Shown here one piece after another: positions 46,514 through 62,085 of a stretch of DNA of 64,000 nt. Source of the stretch: the human T2T-CHM13v2.0 reference genome, Homo sapiens. The position numbers and the translations under genes were made by a program. The stretch is taken from NCBI RefSeq assembly GCF_009914755.1, contig NC_060926.1; one strand, 5' to 3'. The notes below the pieces were generated by a model. The model did no database searches, had not been told where the DNA came from, and was given only the letters and a program-made list of their open reading frames with translations. Position 1 is the stretch's first letter; each line of letters starts with the position of its first letter.

Positions 46514-46799
46514 ACTTAGGTAGAAGAAGGAGACAACATCTATGGCTGCAAAAAAGTCAGGGAGAATGAGGACTAACAAAGAGTCACCCATTGGCTTTAG
46601 TAATTGCTTTTTGGTAACTTTTGAGATGGAGTTTACTAGAGTTATGAAAATTACAAAGGGCTTTGAGTATATAGCTGGTGAAGAAATAAAAGCAACATGT
46701 ATATACTATTTAAAAAAAATGAACCAGTTCTACACTGGGAAGCATAATCCTAGTAGGAAATAAAAAATGTTATCCTTTGAACAAACTTTGAATATGTAG

Positions 46800-47980
46800 T
46801 TCAGTCATTCATTCATTCATTCAACTTATTTATTTGGTACCCTATACATGCCAGGCACTGTGTTAGACTGAGAGATCACAATAGACACTGTGCCTGATGT
46901 CTCACTGAATTTAGAGGGCATTTAGAACACAAAGTAAACAAATGCACATCTGTATAAGTATGGTGACTGGGATGCTCATTGAAGGGACATTCAAAAAGTA
47001 AGATTCAGAAAGCTTCCTAGCGTAAGTGATAACTCAATGGTACATTGAAGATAAGTCGGATTATCCAGGTGAAAATTGAGGGGATTGGAGTGGAGAGGAT
47101 GGCAGAAGGAGTAGGAAGTGCAAAACTCAGAGGTAAAACAGTGGATGCCAAGATTAAGGGGCCCAAAGAAATTCACATGGTAGAAGTGGGGCATGCCATG
47201 AATAAGGCTGGGGCTGAGGGTAGATCATTAAGATCATTACAGGCAATGTCAAAAATCTTTATATGAAGACCATTGAGGAGACATCGAAGAGGTATTTTTT
47301 AAAAATAACTGCTTTATGAAGATATAATTCACATATCGTATAATTCACCTATTTACAAGTGCATAATTCAGTGGTTTTTAGTCTGTTCACAGAGTTCTGC
47401 AATCATAATCACAATCAATTTTAGAACATTTTTATCACTTCCAAAAGAAACCGCATACCCATTAGTAGTCACTCCCATTTCCCCCAACTCTTCTATCCCT
47501 AGGCGGCCACTAATCTATGTCCTGTCTCTATAAATGGAATCATGAAATATGTGGGTTTACATTAAAGACTGGGGAGTGACACCATTAGATTTCGTTTACA
47601 GAAAGATCAATCTGTCTGACATACATAGCCTGGATTGGATGGGAGAGGGGTTGGTCAACATAGAAGTAGAGAGACCCATTAGGGAGTTGTAGAAAGAGTC
47701 AGATGTGAGAATATGGTAGCCTAGACCAGAGTGATGGTTATGAGGATGGAGAGAAGAGGGTATGTTAAAGAGATATTTAAGAGAAAGTCTTGGATGGGGC
47801 TGGTAATTAATGACATGCAGCATATGAATAAGAACAAACTGAGAAGGATGGCTCTCAAGTGTTATCCTTGGCAGTGGGGAGATGGTGGTGCTTGTCACTG
47901 AGGTGGGCTCCCCCACAGGAAGATCAGGCCTGTGATAAGATAAAGAAGATGAGGAGTCAGTATTTACTAGGATATACAAC
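46800..47980. mobile_element. L2 remnant interrupted by an L1MB fragment (~47295-47555)
   Basis: (CATT)n L2 end, then L2 motifs on both sides of an L1M 3' piece (GATATAATTCACATA...AAATGGAATCAT). Confidence 0.6.
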
Positions 47981-50065
47981 TGCCTGTACTTTGGCTGACA
48001 TCAGCATGTCGTAATCATGGTGACACTGGTCCTTAGGAAAAGAGAAAGACTGTGTATTTTTTCCAGTCTCATAAGATCTCAGAAAGACCAAAACAGCATG
48101 TATACAGATTTCATAGTGATTCAATACAATTAAAAGTTTATTTAAATTTTAATGGATGTCTATTGGTGTCAAAGGGGAACATTTAACTGCGTTGCCTTGA
48201 ATAATTTTACTATGTCAATAATCTGTCACCTTTTAAAATCATAACCAAAGGTCCTTCAGGCCACAAGGGGCTTCCTGAAGCCACATAGTGCATGGCACTG
48301 CCCCTGGTGAGGAATGAGCCTGAATTAAATCAAAGAAATGGGGATTGATTACAGGGTCGATTTTCAATTACCTGTACTAATAGAGCAGTGGTATGAGTAA
48401 TCCCAAACTGTGGCTAACCAAAAATCATTTATATTTGCTTTTGGATTGCATTATTTAAGCTATTTATAGCAGGTAGATTTCTAACTACATTTTTCTTTTG
48501 TGATTACTAGCATTAGTTTACACCCCTGACTTCACGCTAATTTTTGGTAAATGGAAGTGGCCCAAATATGCTAAGTGAGAAAGATATATCATTTTGGGAT
48601 TTTATATATCCCACACATCATCTACAAGCTTGATAACTCACATACATAGATTTTTAAAAGGTCTTCAAGGACAGAGATTACACATCTCCCTTGATAACTT
48701 GCTTCTCCATTTAAGAACGTTTACAATTGGGAAATAATTTTCCAATGCTAATTTCAATCCTTGTTGAAACAGATCTTTCCTTCTTTTCTCAATGGGAAAA
48801 ATAAATAAATAATCAGGCACTATCCTTTATGGACTTAAATCTGATAATACTGAAAACTCCTCTTGAGTGTTTTCTCTTTCAAGCGGAACCAGTGCCATTT
48901 TGTTTGTCATCCTTATTTCCTAGCCAATCATTAGCTGCTCCCAGAAATCAAAGATCAGAAAAAAACACAAAGAGCATAGCATTTTCTAAGAAACAAAATA
49001 ATCTGCATTTTACCCATAAAAACCAAAAAGATTCTGCAATAAGAAACTAGTTAAAATTTTTTACCATTTTTTCCGATTAAGAAGTAATACATGTTCATTA
49101 TAGAAAATATGAAATATATATACAAAGGAGAAAATTAAATCATTTATGATTCTGCAAGAGAGGTGTAACCACTGAATTCTTGAATCACCAGACTTTTACT
49201 GTAGCCCTCCATTACTGGAGGAGCTGGGTAGAGCAGCCACTCTAGGCAAAAACACTCTTCAGTATTAGAATGCTTAAAAGCTACACCCTGATTTTGAACC
49301 CTTAGACCTGATGACCCATAAAGAATCACGTGGAAATTGCAAAGACTCTTTTTGTGCCTTTAGTCCAATACACTAAATGCAAATGGAGCAGCCTCCTCAG
49401 TCCATTTCTTCTGTGCACACACCCTCATCTCAGTTCTCAGTCTTTGAGACTCCTCTAGGCGTTATTCACAGACCAGCTGTATTGGCATCCCTTGGAAGCT
49501 CATCATAATTGCAGAATCTCAGGCCCCACCCCAGATACACTAAATCAGAATCTGTTTCATCAAGTGTTGTGTTTTATCAAGATCCCCAGGAGCAACCTGA
49601 TGGTAATTCATTGGTACTGCTGCTCAGTTGAGATGCATTGCTAGAGTTTATCAATTGGCTGATGAATAAAGGCAAATAATAAGCAAAGAAGAGCAAAAGG
49701 AAGAACAAAACAAAGAGAAGAAGATAAATTCTTTTCAAGGCCTAGAGCTGAACTGCTCCTGGTGACTCTGGCCTGGGCCTTCCCTGTACAAGGTGCTTCC
49801 CATGGAGGAGGCATCTCTAGTCTTAGTGCACCAACTGCACGTTAGAAAATGGAGACATAAATTCAAGATTTAGTCATGGTCTGCAGTAACTGTTTTAAAC
49901 TGTTTCTTCCTTACGTTGAAGAACAACTTATGGGTATCATGGTGTAATGTGTGTCCTCCTACTTTTGATTTAGACTCATTTGAGAGGAGAGATGGTCCTG
50001 GGGTATAGTGGGAGTCTTGGGCACCAGGTGAACAATGCGGTATATATAATCATTTTTCCCCCTTC

Positions 50066-51705
50066 AATTTTTATTTTAAGTTCAGGGTTACATGTGCCCT
50101 GTAGGTTTGTTACATAGGTAAATGTGTGCCATGGTAGTTTGCTGCACAGATAATCCCATTACCTAGGTATTAAGCTCAGCATTCATTACCTATTCTTCCT
50201 GATACTCTCACTCCCCTGACCTCACAGGCTCCAGTGTGTGTTGTTAATCCTCCCACCCAATGTGTTCATGTGTTCTCATTATTCAGCTCCCAGTTATAAG
50301 GGAGAACATGTTGTATTTGGTTTTCTGTACCTGCGTTAGTTTGTTGAGGATACTGACTTCCAACTCCATCCGTGTCCCTGCAAAAGACATGGTCTTTTTC
50401 CTTTTTATGGCTGCATAGTAGTATTCCATGGTGTATACGTACCACATTTTCTTTATCCAGTCTATCATTGATGAACATTTGGGTTGATTCCATGTCTTTG
50501 CTATTGTGAATAGTGCTGCAATGAACATACGTGTGCAACTATCTTTATAATAGAATGATTTATATTCCTTTGGGTATATACCCAGTAATGGGATTGCTGG
50601 GTCAAATGCTATTTCTGCTTCTAGATCTCTGAGGAATCGCCACACTGTCTTACACAATGTTGAACTAATTTATATTCCCACCAACAGTGTAAAAGTGTTC
50701 CTTTTTCTCTGCAACCTTGCCAGCATCTGTTGTTTCTGAACTTTTTAATAAGCACCATTCTGACTGGCATGAGATGGTATCTCATTGTGGTTTTGTTTGG
50801 CATTTCTCTAATCATCAGTGATGTTGAGCTTTTTTTCATGCTTGTTGGCTGAATGGATGTCTTCTTTTGAAAAGTGTCTATTCATGTTTTTTGCCTACTT
50901 TTTAATGTGTGTGTGTGTGTGTGTGTGTGTGTTTTTGTAAATTTGTTTAAGTTCCTTGTAGACTCTGGATATTAGACTTCGTCAGATGGATAGATTGCAA
51001 AAACTTTCTCCCATTCTGTAGGTTGTCTGTTCACTCTGATGATAGTTTCTTTTGTCGTGTAGAAGCTCTTTAGCTTAGGCTTTTGCATGGCAAAGGAAAC
51101 AGTCAGCAGAGTAAACATACCACCCACAGAGTAGGAGAAAATCTTCACAATCTATACATCCAGCAAGGGACTAACGTCAAGATTCTACAACAGACTCAAA
51201 CAAGTTAGCAAGAAAAAACAACAACCAACAACAAACAGTCCCATCAAAAAGTGGGCCAAGGACATGAATAGACAGTCCTCAAAAGAAGATATACAAATGG
51301 TCAACAAACATATGAAAAAATGTTCAGCATCACTAATGATGAGGGAAATGCAAATTAAAACCACAATGCAATACCACCTTATTCCTGCAAGAATGGCCGT
51401 GATCAAAAAATCAAAAAATAATAGATGGTGTGGATGTGGTGAAAAGGGAACACTTCTACACTGCTGGTGAAAATGTAGGCTAGTATAACCACTATGGAAA
51501 ATAGTGTGGAGATTCCTTAAAGAACTAAAAGTAGAACTAACTACCATTTGATCCAGCAATCCCTCTACTGAGTATCTACCCAGAGGAAAATAAGTCATTA
51601 TATGAAAAAGATACTTGCATATGCATGTTTATAACAGCACAGTTCACAATTGCAAGAATGTGGAGCCAGCCCAAATGCCCATCAATGAATGGATAAGAAA
51701 CTGTG

Positions 51706-51745
<40 letters not shown>

Positions 51746-53365
51746 GCACACACGATGTGTATATATATACACACATATATATGTGATGGAATACTACTCA
51801 GCCATAAAAAGGAATGAATTAATGGTATTCACAGCAACCTGTGTGGGATTGGAGACTATTATTCTAAGTGAAGTAACCCAGGAATAGAAAACCACACACT
51901 GTATGTTCTCACTCATAAGTGGGAACTAAGCTATGAAGATGCAAAGGCATAAGAATGATACAGTGGACTTTGGGGACTCAGGGGGAAAGGGTGGGAAGGG
52001 GGTGAGGGATAAAAGACTACAAATTGGGTTCAGCACATACTGCTCAGGTGATGGGTCTACCAAAATCTTATAAATCACCACTAAAGAACTTACTTATGTA
52101 ACCGAATACCACCTGTTCCCCAAAAACCTATGGAAATAAAATTTTTTTTAAAAAGGAAGCTCTTAAGTTTAATTAGATACCATTTCTCAATTTTTGCTTC
52201 TGTTGCAATTGCTTTCGGTGTTTTCATCATGAAATCTTTGCCCATGCCTATATTCCGAAGGACATTGCCTAGATTTTCTTCTAGGGTTTTCATAGTTTTA
52301 GGTTTTACATTTAAGTCTTTAATCCATCTTGAGTTAATCTTTGTGTATGGTATAAGGAAGGGATCCAGTTTCAACTTTCTGCATATGGCTAGCCAGTTCT
52401 CTCAGCACCATTTATGAAGTAGGGAGTCATTTCCTCATTGCTTGGTTTTGTCAGATTTGTCAAAGATCAGATGGTTATAGGTGTACAGTCTTATTTCTGA
52501 GTTCTCTATTCTGTTCTATTGGTCTATGTCTGTGTTCTTTTGCCAGTACCATGCTGTTTTGGTTACTGTAGTCTTGTAGAATAGTTTGAAGTTGGGTAGT
52601 GTGATGCCTCCAGCTTTCTTCTTTTTGCTTAGGATTATCTTGGTTACTCAGGCTGTTTTTTTGATACCATATGAAGTTTAAAATAGTTTTTTTCTAATTC
52701 TGTGAAGAATGTCAATGGTAATTTAATGGAAATAGTATTGAATTAATAAATTACTTTGGGCAGTATGGCCATTTTCATGATATTGATTCTTCCTATCTAT
52801 GAGCATGGAATGTTTCTTCATTTGTTTGGGTCCTCTTCTTTGAGCAGTGGTTTGAAGTTCTCCTTGAAGAGGTCCTTCAGTTCCTTTGCTAGCTGTATTC
52901 CTAGGTATTTTATTCTTTTTGTAGCAATTGTGAATGGGAGTTCATACATAATTTGGCTCTGTGCTTGCCTGTTGCTGGGGTATAATAATACTAGCAATTT
53001 TGCACATTGATTTTGTATCCTGAGACTTTGCTGAAGTTGTTTATCAGCTTAAGAAACTTTAGGGCTGAGATGATGGGGTTTTCTAGATATAGGATCATGT
53101 CATCTGCAAACAAAGATAATTTTACTTCCTCTCTTCCTATTTGAATACCCTTTATTTCATTTGTTTTTCTGATTGCTCTGGCCGGAACTTCCAATACTAT
53201 GTTGAATAGGAGTGGTGAGAGAGGGCATCCTTGTCTTGTGCCGGTTTTCAAAGGGAATGCTTTCAGCTTTTGCCCATTCAGTATGATATTGGCTGTGAGT
53301 TTGTCACATATGGCTCTTTTTATTTTGAGGTATGCTCCTTCAATACCTAGTTTATTAACAGTTTT
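50066..53365 (-). mobile_element. 5'-truncated L1PA (about PA11-13) split by a nested insertion
   Basis: 3'UTR and ORF2 remnants 50066-51077 resume collinearly at 52156-53365, including an RT FADD remnant (52991-53383); (TG)n at ~50906-50931. Confidence 0.88.
51078..52155 (+). mobile_element. L1PB1-like 3' fragment nested antisense in the L1PA
   Basis: L1PB-type 3' end (GGGATAAAAGACTACAAATTGGG...AAAACCTATGGAAATAAAA). Flanked by 16-bp repeats GAAGCTCTTTAGCTTA (51062) and GAAGCTCTTAAGTTTA (52156). Internal (TG)n(TA)n at ~51705-51785. Confidence 0.85.
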
Positions 53366-54644
53366 TGTCAATCTTCTGTTCATATCATACTTAGGAAATT
53401 ATAACCCAATGGTTCAGTCTATTGGGTTTTGCAATTAAGAAGCACAGTTTCTTGCAGATATAACTGGAAAATCAGAAAACAAATAAAGAATTTTAAAAAG
53501 CAGCATATTTTCAACAGCTCCATGTCTATCTTCAGTCCTCTCCACTATCCTTTCTCCTTTCCCTTCTCTCTTCCCAAATATGTAAATTAAATTACTCTCT
53601 TAGCTAATTCCCTCCCTCTTCCTTTGTTCTTTCTTGTATTACTTTTCTGACAACAAGCAATTACAACAAGACCTATTCTGGCAGGAAATGGAAATGCCAC
53701 TGTGTGTGAGGGGGAAAGAAACGTTGGAAAAAGGAAAGGCTAGGAAAACAAACCATCTGTCATTCTCACACACACATGCGTGTGTGCACACACTTTTCCT
53801 TCAAATTAGATCATACCATTCAAATAGTTTTATACCCGTCTTTTTAAATTAACAATACTTTGTAAGCATTTCTCCAGGTTGGTAAATATTTATATAAAAC
53901 ATGTTTAATAGCCTTATACTATTCCAATGTATGAACACGCCACAAATAATTCAATGAGTCCCCTGTTGTTGGACATTTAGGTTGTCTCCCATATTTTTTA
54001 TGTTTGTAAATAATGCTGCAATGAACAACCTTGTACATAAATCTGTTTCCAAATTTTAGTTATTCTTTCAGGATAAATTTCATTTGACTTTGATGACAGC
54101 AATACACAACCTGACCTTAAATTGAAATATCTTCATTCCGTACTCAATTATACTGTGGCTTTTCTCCAAAAGAAAACATATTGTGGGCTTTGAATGTCAG
54201 GTTTTTAATTAAGCAGGTTCCACAAGATTGACTCTTTTGTAGCTACCTGAAATTTTAGCCTCAGTCAGTGAATTGCAATAGAAATGTCAGCGCCCTAGCT
54301 CAGATAGGACAAATTTACCCCAGAATAACTCATGATTGGGACATATTGCAAGATGGTGACTCTTAAGAGGTGACATTCCATATTATTCCACTTTCACACA
54401 CTCTGCTCTTATAGAAGACATAATGTTCATGATTTTAGCTAGCTCATTATCTATATATTAGCAAAATGGCTAAAGGCTCTATGTGGTTTAAAATCCTTAT
54501 TTGCAAGCCTAAATACAAGTAGAGTGATTAAATTATCACTGTGTAATCTTCATTTGCACAAAGCCATTAATAACTAGAATAATAGCCATCATTTACAGAT
54601 AATGTAGTAAGTGCCAGGTTCCATGCTGAGCATTTTACCACCTA

Positions 54645-55207
54645 TATGTATGTATCTATTGCTATGTGACAAAATGCCCCAAATTTAGTAGCTTAAAATA
54701 ACAAACATTTATTATCTCACCGTTTCTGCTTGTCAGAAATCTTGATGTGGCTTAGCTAAGTCCTCTGACTCAGTATCTCTCATAAGGCTAAAATCATGGT
54801 ATTCATTCACTTACCTTATGGCTCAACTGGGAAGATCCTCATTCAAGCTCACTCATGTGGGGTTGATGAGATTTAGTTCCTCCTGGACTGTTGGACCAAG
54901 GGCCTCAGTTCCCCGCTGGTGTTAGCTGGAGGCCTCCTTCAGTTCCTCGCTACCTGGGTCTCTTCTCAAGGCAGCTCACATGGGGTAGCTCGCTTTTCTC
55001 AAAGCAAGCAAGCAATAAGGCAAGAAAGGGTAAGGAATATAGAAGTCAGAGTCTTTTTGTAAACAAATCTTGGAAGTGACACCCATAATTTTTGATATAT
55101 TCTGTGCACTAGAAGTGAGTCACTAGGTTTGGCCCATCCCCAAGATGAGGGAATGGATACCAGGAGGTTGGGATTATTGGGAACCATCTTAGAGGTGGCC
55201 TACCACA
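54645..55207. mobile_element. MaLR solo LTR (MLT1F-like) inside a MIR
   Basis: GCTTAAAATAACAAACATTTATTATCTCAC...CCATCTTAGAGG..GCCTACCACA. Confidence 0.75.
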
Positions 55208-56321
55208 CAACCATTATCTCATTAAGCAAAAAAAACCCAGCTTTGAAGTAGATATCATTAACCCTCATTTATAGATAAGAAAACAGAGATGCTCACAGCC
55301 AGTTAGTGGGACATTGGTATTCAAACCTGTTCCTCTGATTCCAATGCATATATGCTTGATCACTGCACTATACTTTCAGTAGGATAGTGTATCTGTAAAG
55401 CCTGTGAGCTACTGGAAACATCTTAATAGAGATTCGAATCAACTCTTAGTCTCCGGTTTACTTTGGCAGTCTCAGTTTACTTCTCACTTTCTACCCCAAA
55501 TCTTCTGATGTTTAAGTGAAATTGCTTAGCTTAACCTGAAGGTGTTAGGTTAGAGATAAAAGATCCAGGGCTGCTCAGTTGCCTGTATTTTTTGGGCTCT
55601 GGTGAAAGTTAACTGGCATCTACATCTCTGTCTAGAATTCTTGTATGTCTTTCCCATTCTCAGATTACATTACATATTAGCATTGAAGATGATTTGTAAA
55701 ATAAATATCACAGGGAGAAACCCGCATGGTCAAGAACTAAACACACAAGCACAGTTCTCAACATGTTCTCTAGGATATATCTATTCATTTTTCCTAACCA
55801 GCAGAACTATAAATCTGGCCTTTGCTTGGCACACTGTATGTGTTTTGCTTTATGAAGGCATAAATCACCAAGATACAATTTGTGTTTGATTTTTTGGACA
55901 CTTAATTTGCTTAAATGTTCAGCAGTTCATAGACGTAAATTGTGCTGGGCATAGCTCCAAGTGGAATAAGCTGAGAGCAAGAAAGCTATACATATTAGGA
56001 TGTAATTCAGAAGAAAAATCATCCTGGCTGGTCAAGTAAGTCCTCTTTATAAATTACTTACAAATAACTTTCCTCCATGAGCAATATAAACACTTAGTAT
56101 ATACTTCTAGAAGATAGAGCATTGTAATAAATTTAGTTTAAAGAAACCTCCCATATAGTAGGCTTCTGTATGTTGATAAGGGCGTAATGTGCAGAGGGTG
56201 TGCCATGCATGTTTGATAAAGTAACCGTATTAATTGATTATTGTTTAATTCTAGAACAATGCCTCACTGAGAATCAAGAGACATGGTTTTTTATCCTGCT
56301 TGCCGCTAATTTAATGTATGA

Positions 56322-56663
<342 letters not shown>

Positions 56664-57196
56664 TAACTTTCTGCGTTTTAGCTTTCTCATTTGAAAATAA
56701 GTGGCTGGATTAAATGATCTCTTAATATCCTGCCAGTTCTAAGATTTTATGGTTCTAAATATTAATACTTACTGGGCACCTCCAAAACATGCACCTCAGT
56801 GCCATGGATAAGACAAAGGAAAACACACATGTGCTTGGGAACAAAATGCAAGGAACTAGTAAAAATTAAATACTAGCAGGAAGCTATTTGACAGTCTGAG
56901 TATAATGCCACAGAGAAATCTATGCAAATTTACAGAGGCCAGTATTTCCCAAAATGTGCAGTGTGTACTTTTGAAATAGTGCACTGGGCAGGAATTCCTA
57001 AAAGTGGCTCTGGGAGCTGTCTCGGAATGGTCTAGATGAGGAGCCAGCTGCAAATACGGAACACCCCGCTTCTCCCCATGGAAGATGCTGCATCTGGCTT
57101 CCCATGGGAATAATGGCTGCTTCTCACTGGAAAGAATGGATGCAACTTCCCACACGTGCTGGACATCTGGTTTTCCTAGACAACTCCTGGAAATAG

Positions 57197-57644
<448 letters not shown>

Positions 57645-57732
57645 TGACATGAGGGGAGTTACAGGAAATTCAGCCTTCCTATTGCTCACCTTTGGACTAT
57701 GAATTTCCCCCAACAAAATCTATTCCTTAACC

Positions 57733-57920
57733 CAGCAGTTCTCAAACTTTCCTATGTATCAGACTCATTTGGAGGACTTGTTAAAACATGGATGGCTGGG
57801 TCCCTTTCCTAGAGTTTCTGATTCAGTATCCCTGGGGTGAGCCTGAGGATTTGCACTTTTAAGAAGTTTCCACATGATGCCAATGCTCCTGCTCCAGGGC
57901 TCATGCTTTGAGAACTCATG
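57733..57920. mobile_element. MER5A
   Basis: CAGCAGTTCTCAAACTT...CTTTGAGAAC. Confidence 0.75.
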
Positions 57921-59371
57921 CCACATTATGTTATTGAATTCATCCTGAACAAATTGCAAGGCAACTGGTGGTAAGCAAGATGATTTAAAGTGTTACATGG
58001 AGGAAGTATTTTTTACTTAAATAGTTATATAATTATTTTAATGTGTATTAAATGTGTGCCTTCTATTTTTTAGGAAGTGCTAGTATTCCATTTATAGTAT
58101 CAAAATCAAGTTAACTTTAAATACCTTTATTTTAGCAAAAAGGGAAGTTAAAGAAAATTTCCAAGTATTCAAGTGAATAATAGAACAGATAGTATATCAA
58201 AACAAAGTTGTAAAGGTGGCACAGGTAATACAAAATTGGCTGAAATGGGAAAAACATGCATTGTGTTTATTGGTATAAGCAAGGCATGCAATAGAAATTC
58301 CTAGAGATGGAACTACTGGATGACACTAACTAGTAAGAGTGGTTTTGCAAAGGAGGGTTCCTTGAGGTGAGTCTTAATGTGGATAGATTTAGATATGCCA
58401 AGAGGTGGTGAAAATGTGGTACATGTAGATAAATAGGGTCTGGTAAGGGTCACATGCATGTGCATGTGAGTGTCAATGAGTTGAACAGAAAAAAAATCTT
58501 CTCAGCTCAGTGTTTGGTTTACATGACAATAAACAACCATTATAGTGGATTTCATTTTTGACTTGTAATTTTGGTGATGGATGTTGGCCATAATCAGTTT
58601 TAGAAATCAGCCCTCTCTTTGAGAGTTTAGGGCTTAGTTGGCATTTTGTTTGCTTTGTTTTCACCTGCCGTTTGCTTATCTTTATCTGGTGAGTCTGCCA
58701 AGACAGAGTTTATTGCTCTAGGTTCCTTATACATTAGATCATTCTTTAGAGGTCAGCACCCCAAATGAAGACACTCTCAGACTGATAGTTCTGTCCAGCC
58801 AGTATTGTAAACCATCAGATGCTACTTCAAAGATCTCAGAAAGAGAACTGTTTTTCTGCTTTCAATTAGCTGAGTTTGCACATTTAAAAACTGCTGCTAG
58901 AAGATGATTTCATGAAAAAGTAACCATGTAGTTCATTTCATTTTGCTAGAATGTAATTTAATCTTTAGAAATAATAAGTTGTTGTTATAGCTGTATATAA
59001 ACTTAAAGTATTATTTGCCATTTTCCACAAACTTGTCATATAAAGAGCAGTATAACCATTCGACCATTTATGCATCATGCAAATTCATTTTCTTCCCATA
59101 ATATCCTACAATGAGAGAGTATTTTTAGGTCCCATGCAGGTCACAAACAGAAGTTTGGAAACCATTTATTCTGTTATGCCTTATACATGGTTATTGAATT
59201 GCTACTTTCAAAAGCAAATTCTGAAGACTAACAATCTAGTTAAAAGACTTCTGAGATTGTCTTTAAGAAAACTTCACCTCTCCGACAATCTAAGATAACA
59301 TGCTCTAACTAGGCAACAGCACAGGAAGAAAAACTATAGAACCTTCCAAATGGACTATTCGTGACCTAGGC

Positions 59372-59545
59372 CAGCAGTCCTCAATTAGACTCATCTGGAG
59401 GGCTTGTTAATACACTGATTACTGGGCTCCATCCCAAAGTTTCTAAATCAGAAGGTCTGGGTAGGGATTAAGTATTTGCAGTTCTATGATGTTCCTAGGT
59501 GATGTTGATGCTGTTGGTCCAGGGACTACACTTTGGAAGTCACTG
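59372..59545. mobile_element. MER5A
   Basis: CATCTGGAGGGCTTGTTAA...GGTCCAGGGACTACACTTTG..CACTG. Confidence 0.7.
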
Positions 59546-59891
59546 GCTTAGAGGCTACTATTTCTGGTTTGCCCTTCTCTCCTCCCCTCCTTGTACCACC
59601 TAGTACAGCCATGAAAAATATTTGCAGTTCATAAGCAACCCCATGCTCCGTGCTTCTTTGGCCTTACCCTTCCCCATCTTTATCTGCATGCTAAAATCCT
59701 TCTCGTTCTTCCAGGCTTAAGTGTCACATCCTCTGAGAAACCTCTTATCACTTCCAGTTAAAATAGACGGCACCCTTTCTGTGGTTTCTATATCTGGCAT
59801 AACAGATCTGCCATAGTATCGCCATTATTACTTCAGAATTGTAGGCTTTCTCCTATCATTACTTGTGAGCTCCTGGAGACCCCTTATCTCA

Positions 59892-60192
<301 letters not shown>

Positions 60193-61113
60193 TATCTCAT
60201 TTTTTTCAGTCACCAATTCTTGACACACAGTAGCCACTCGGTACAAGTCTTATGAATAAATGAATATGTGTAAAATATTTAATAGTGCATGATATGTAAT
60301 ACAAATCCAATTGAGAGGGTATATAGCATCATAGATAAGCACATGGGCTTTTGGGGTCGGGCAGACCTGGGTAGGTCACAGAACTGCAGGAGACTAGGAA
60401 AATTACTTAACTTCTATGGGTCACAATGGCCTTATTTGTAAATTGATGATATATCACATGTTCATTATGAGACTTTAATGAGATGACGTAGGTGAAGCAC
60501 TGATCACAGTGCCTGGATCACAAAATTGTCCCCAAATTATCATCAAAAATATAATAATAAATTATCAACATTATCACTAATAACAATCATTAGTGGTTAG
60601 CATATAAATCAGATTTACATGTTGAATTCCAGAGAAAACATATAAGATTTTTGTTACTGCTTTATTCATCAACAGTGCACTTTCTAAGTACAGATATTTT
60701 TGCATGATATTTCTAGTAACACAGATAACTAGATAGTCATTCACACATGAAATTGCTTACTAGTCCCATTCTAACCAGGTCAAAGGCCAGAATTATCTAT
60801 TCAGTGGAGTTTTTGAAGTGTCTGCAACGTGTCCAGCACACTATGCTAGACCTAAAGTTGCACCTAGTCCCCCTCCTCAAGAAGCTCACAGTTCAGCAGG
60901 AAGCTCAACACTGATCACACAGTTGATTAATGAATGAAACTCAGCCATGATCAATACTGTAGAGCAAAGGTAGTGAATGTTCAATCTGTATATTCCCCTC
61001 CTGCATAACTCACTACTCCTTTACGCTCTGAAGCTCCATCTATACCAACCTACACAGGTCAATTTCATGAAATGAATCTTCCAAATCATGGGATGCTGAC
61101 TCCAGGAAGTCAG

Positions 61114-61157
61114 TTTTGTTGTTGTTGCTGTTGTTGTTGTTGTTCTTGTTCTTGTTT
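61114..61157. repeat. (TTG)n microsatellite
   Basis: Direct reading. Confidence 0.85.
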
Positions 61158-61770
61158 AACTAAGTACTGAAAAACCTGACGATTTTTACTTAGTCAATGA
61201 ATGACATGTTTTGGGCAAGGCTTTCCCAGTAATGTGCTGGCACGTCTGGTTCACATGGCCATCCAGGGGAGACTTAAACAGCAAAAAATCATAAAAGGAA
61301 GACTGAAAGAAAGAAGTGGGGAGGGTAGTCCCATCCTTTTGTCAAAAATAAAGACTTGGAGGCTTTTTTCTTTTGGTCTTTTTTTCTCTGCAGATAAGAA
61401 CTTCAAGACTGATTTAGCACTAAGGAAGGATCTCTCTCCTTATTGCCTCCCAGGTTTCTGCTCAGCACCAAGAAGATGTGTAGATCACCCTAAGAGCTGT
61501 AGCTGTCATGGAGTCCCTCCATGGCTGGTACAACCCATGTGGGAAAACCTGTCCTTCACAGATGGGACTATCCATGAGTTGATTAACAGAGAACCCTGTT
61601 CGGGTGACAAATAATTATCTAGGACTGTTTAAAATCAACTCATGAAAATAGACTGAACACACTCATTTGAATTAAGTTGAACAATGTTCCTTCCAACCAA
61701 GAACTTGACCTTTGCCAATCTGTGTCTTTCAAGTGACCCAAACATAACCCAAACAAAGTTGCAGTATATA

Positions 61771-62085
61771 AAATCGTCCCTCAGTATTCGTGGAGGATTA
61801 GTGACAGGATCCACGTTGTGAACACCAAAATCTGCAGATGCTCACGTCCCATATATAAAATGGCATAGTATTTTCATATAACCAATGCACATCCTCCTGT
61901 ATACTTTAAATAATACTGACTACTTATAATACCTAATACAATGTAAACGCTATGTAAATATTTATTATACTGTTTTTAATGTAATTTTTATTGTATTGAC
62001 ATTTTTATTCTCTTTTAAAAATATTTTTGATCCAAGATTGATGGGATCTACAGATACAGAACCCATGAATATGGTGCACTGATTA
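61771..62085. mobile_element. MER2 (TcMar-Tigger MITE)
   Basis: TCGTCCCTCAGTATTCGTGG...ATAAAATGGCATAGTATTT...CACATCCTCCTGTATACTTTAAAT, with TA flanks. Confidence 0.8.

Noticed and set aside
53767-53793. 27-nt alternating purine-pyrimidine run with palindromic character
   Set aside because: Explained by a short CA/TG microsatellite; too common to be informative.
61201-61614. 137-aa ORF in apparently unique sequence
   Set aside because: No recognisable domain or convincing exon boundaries; length is within chance expectation.
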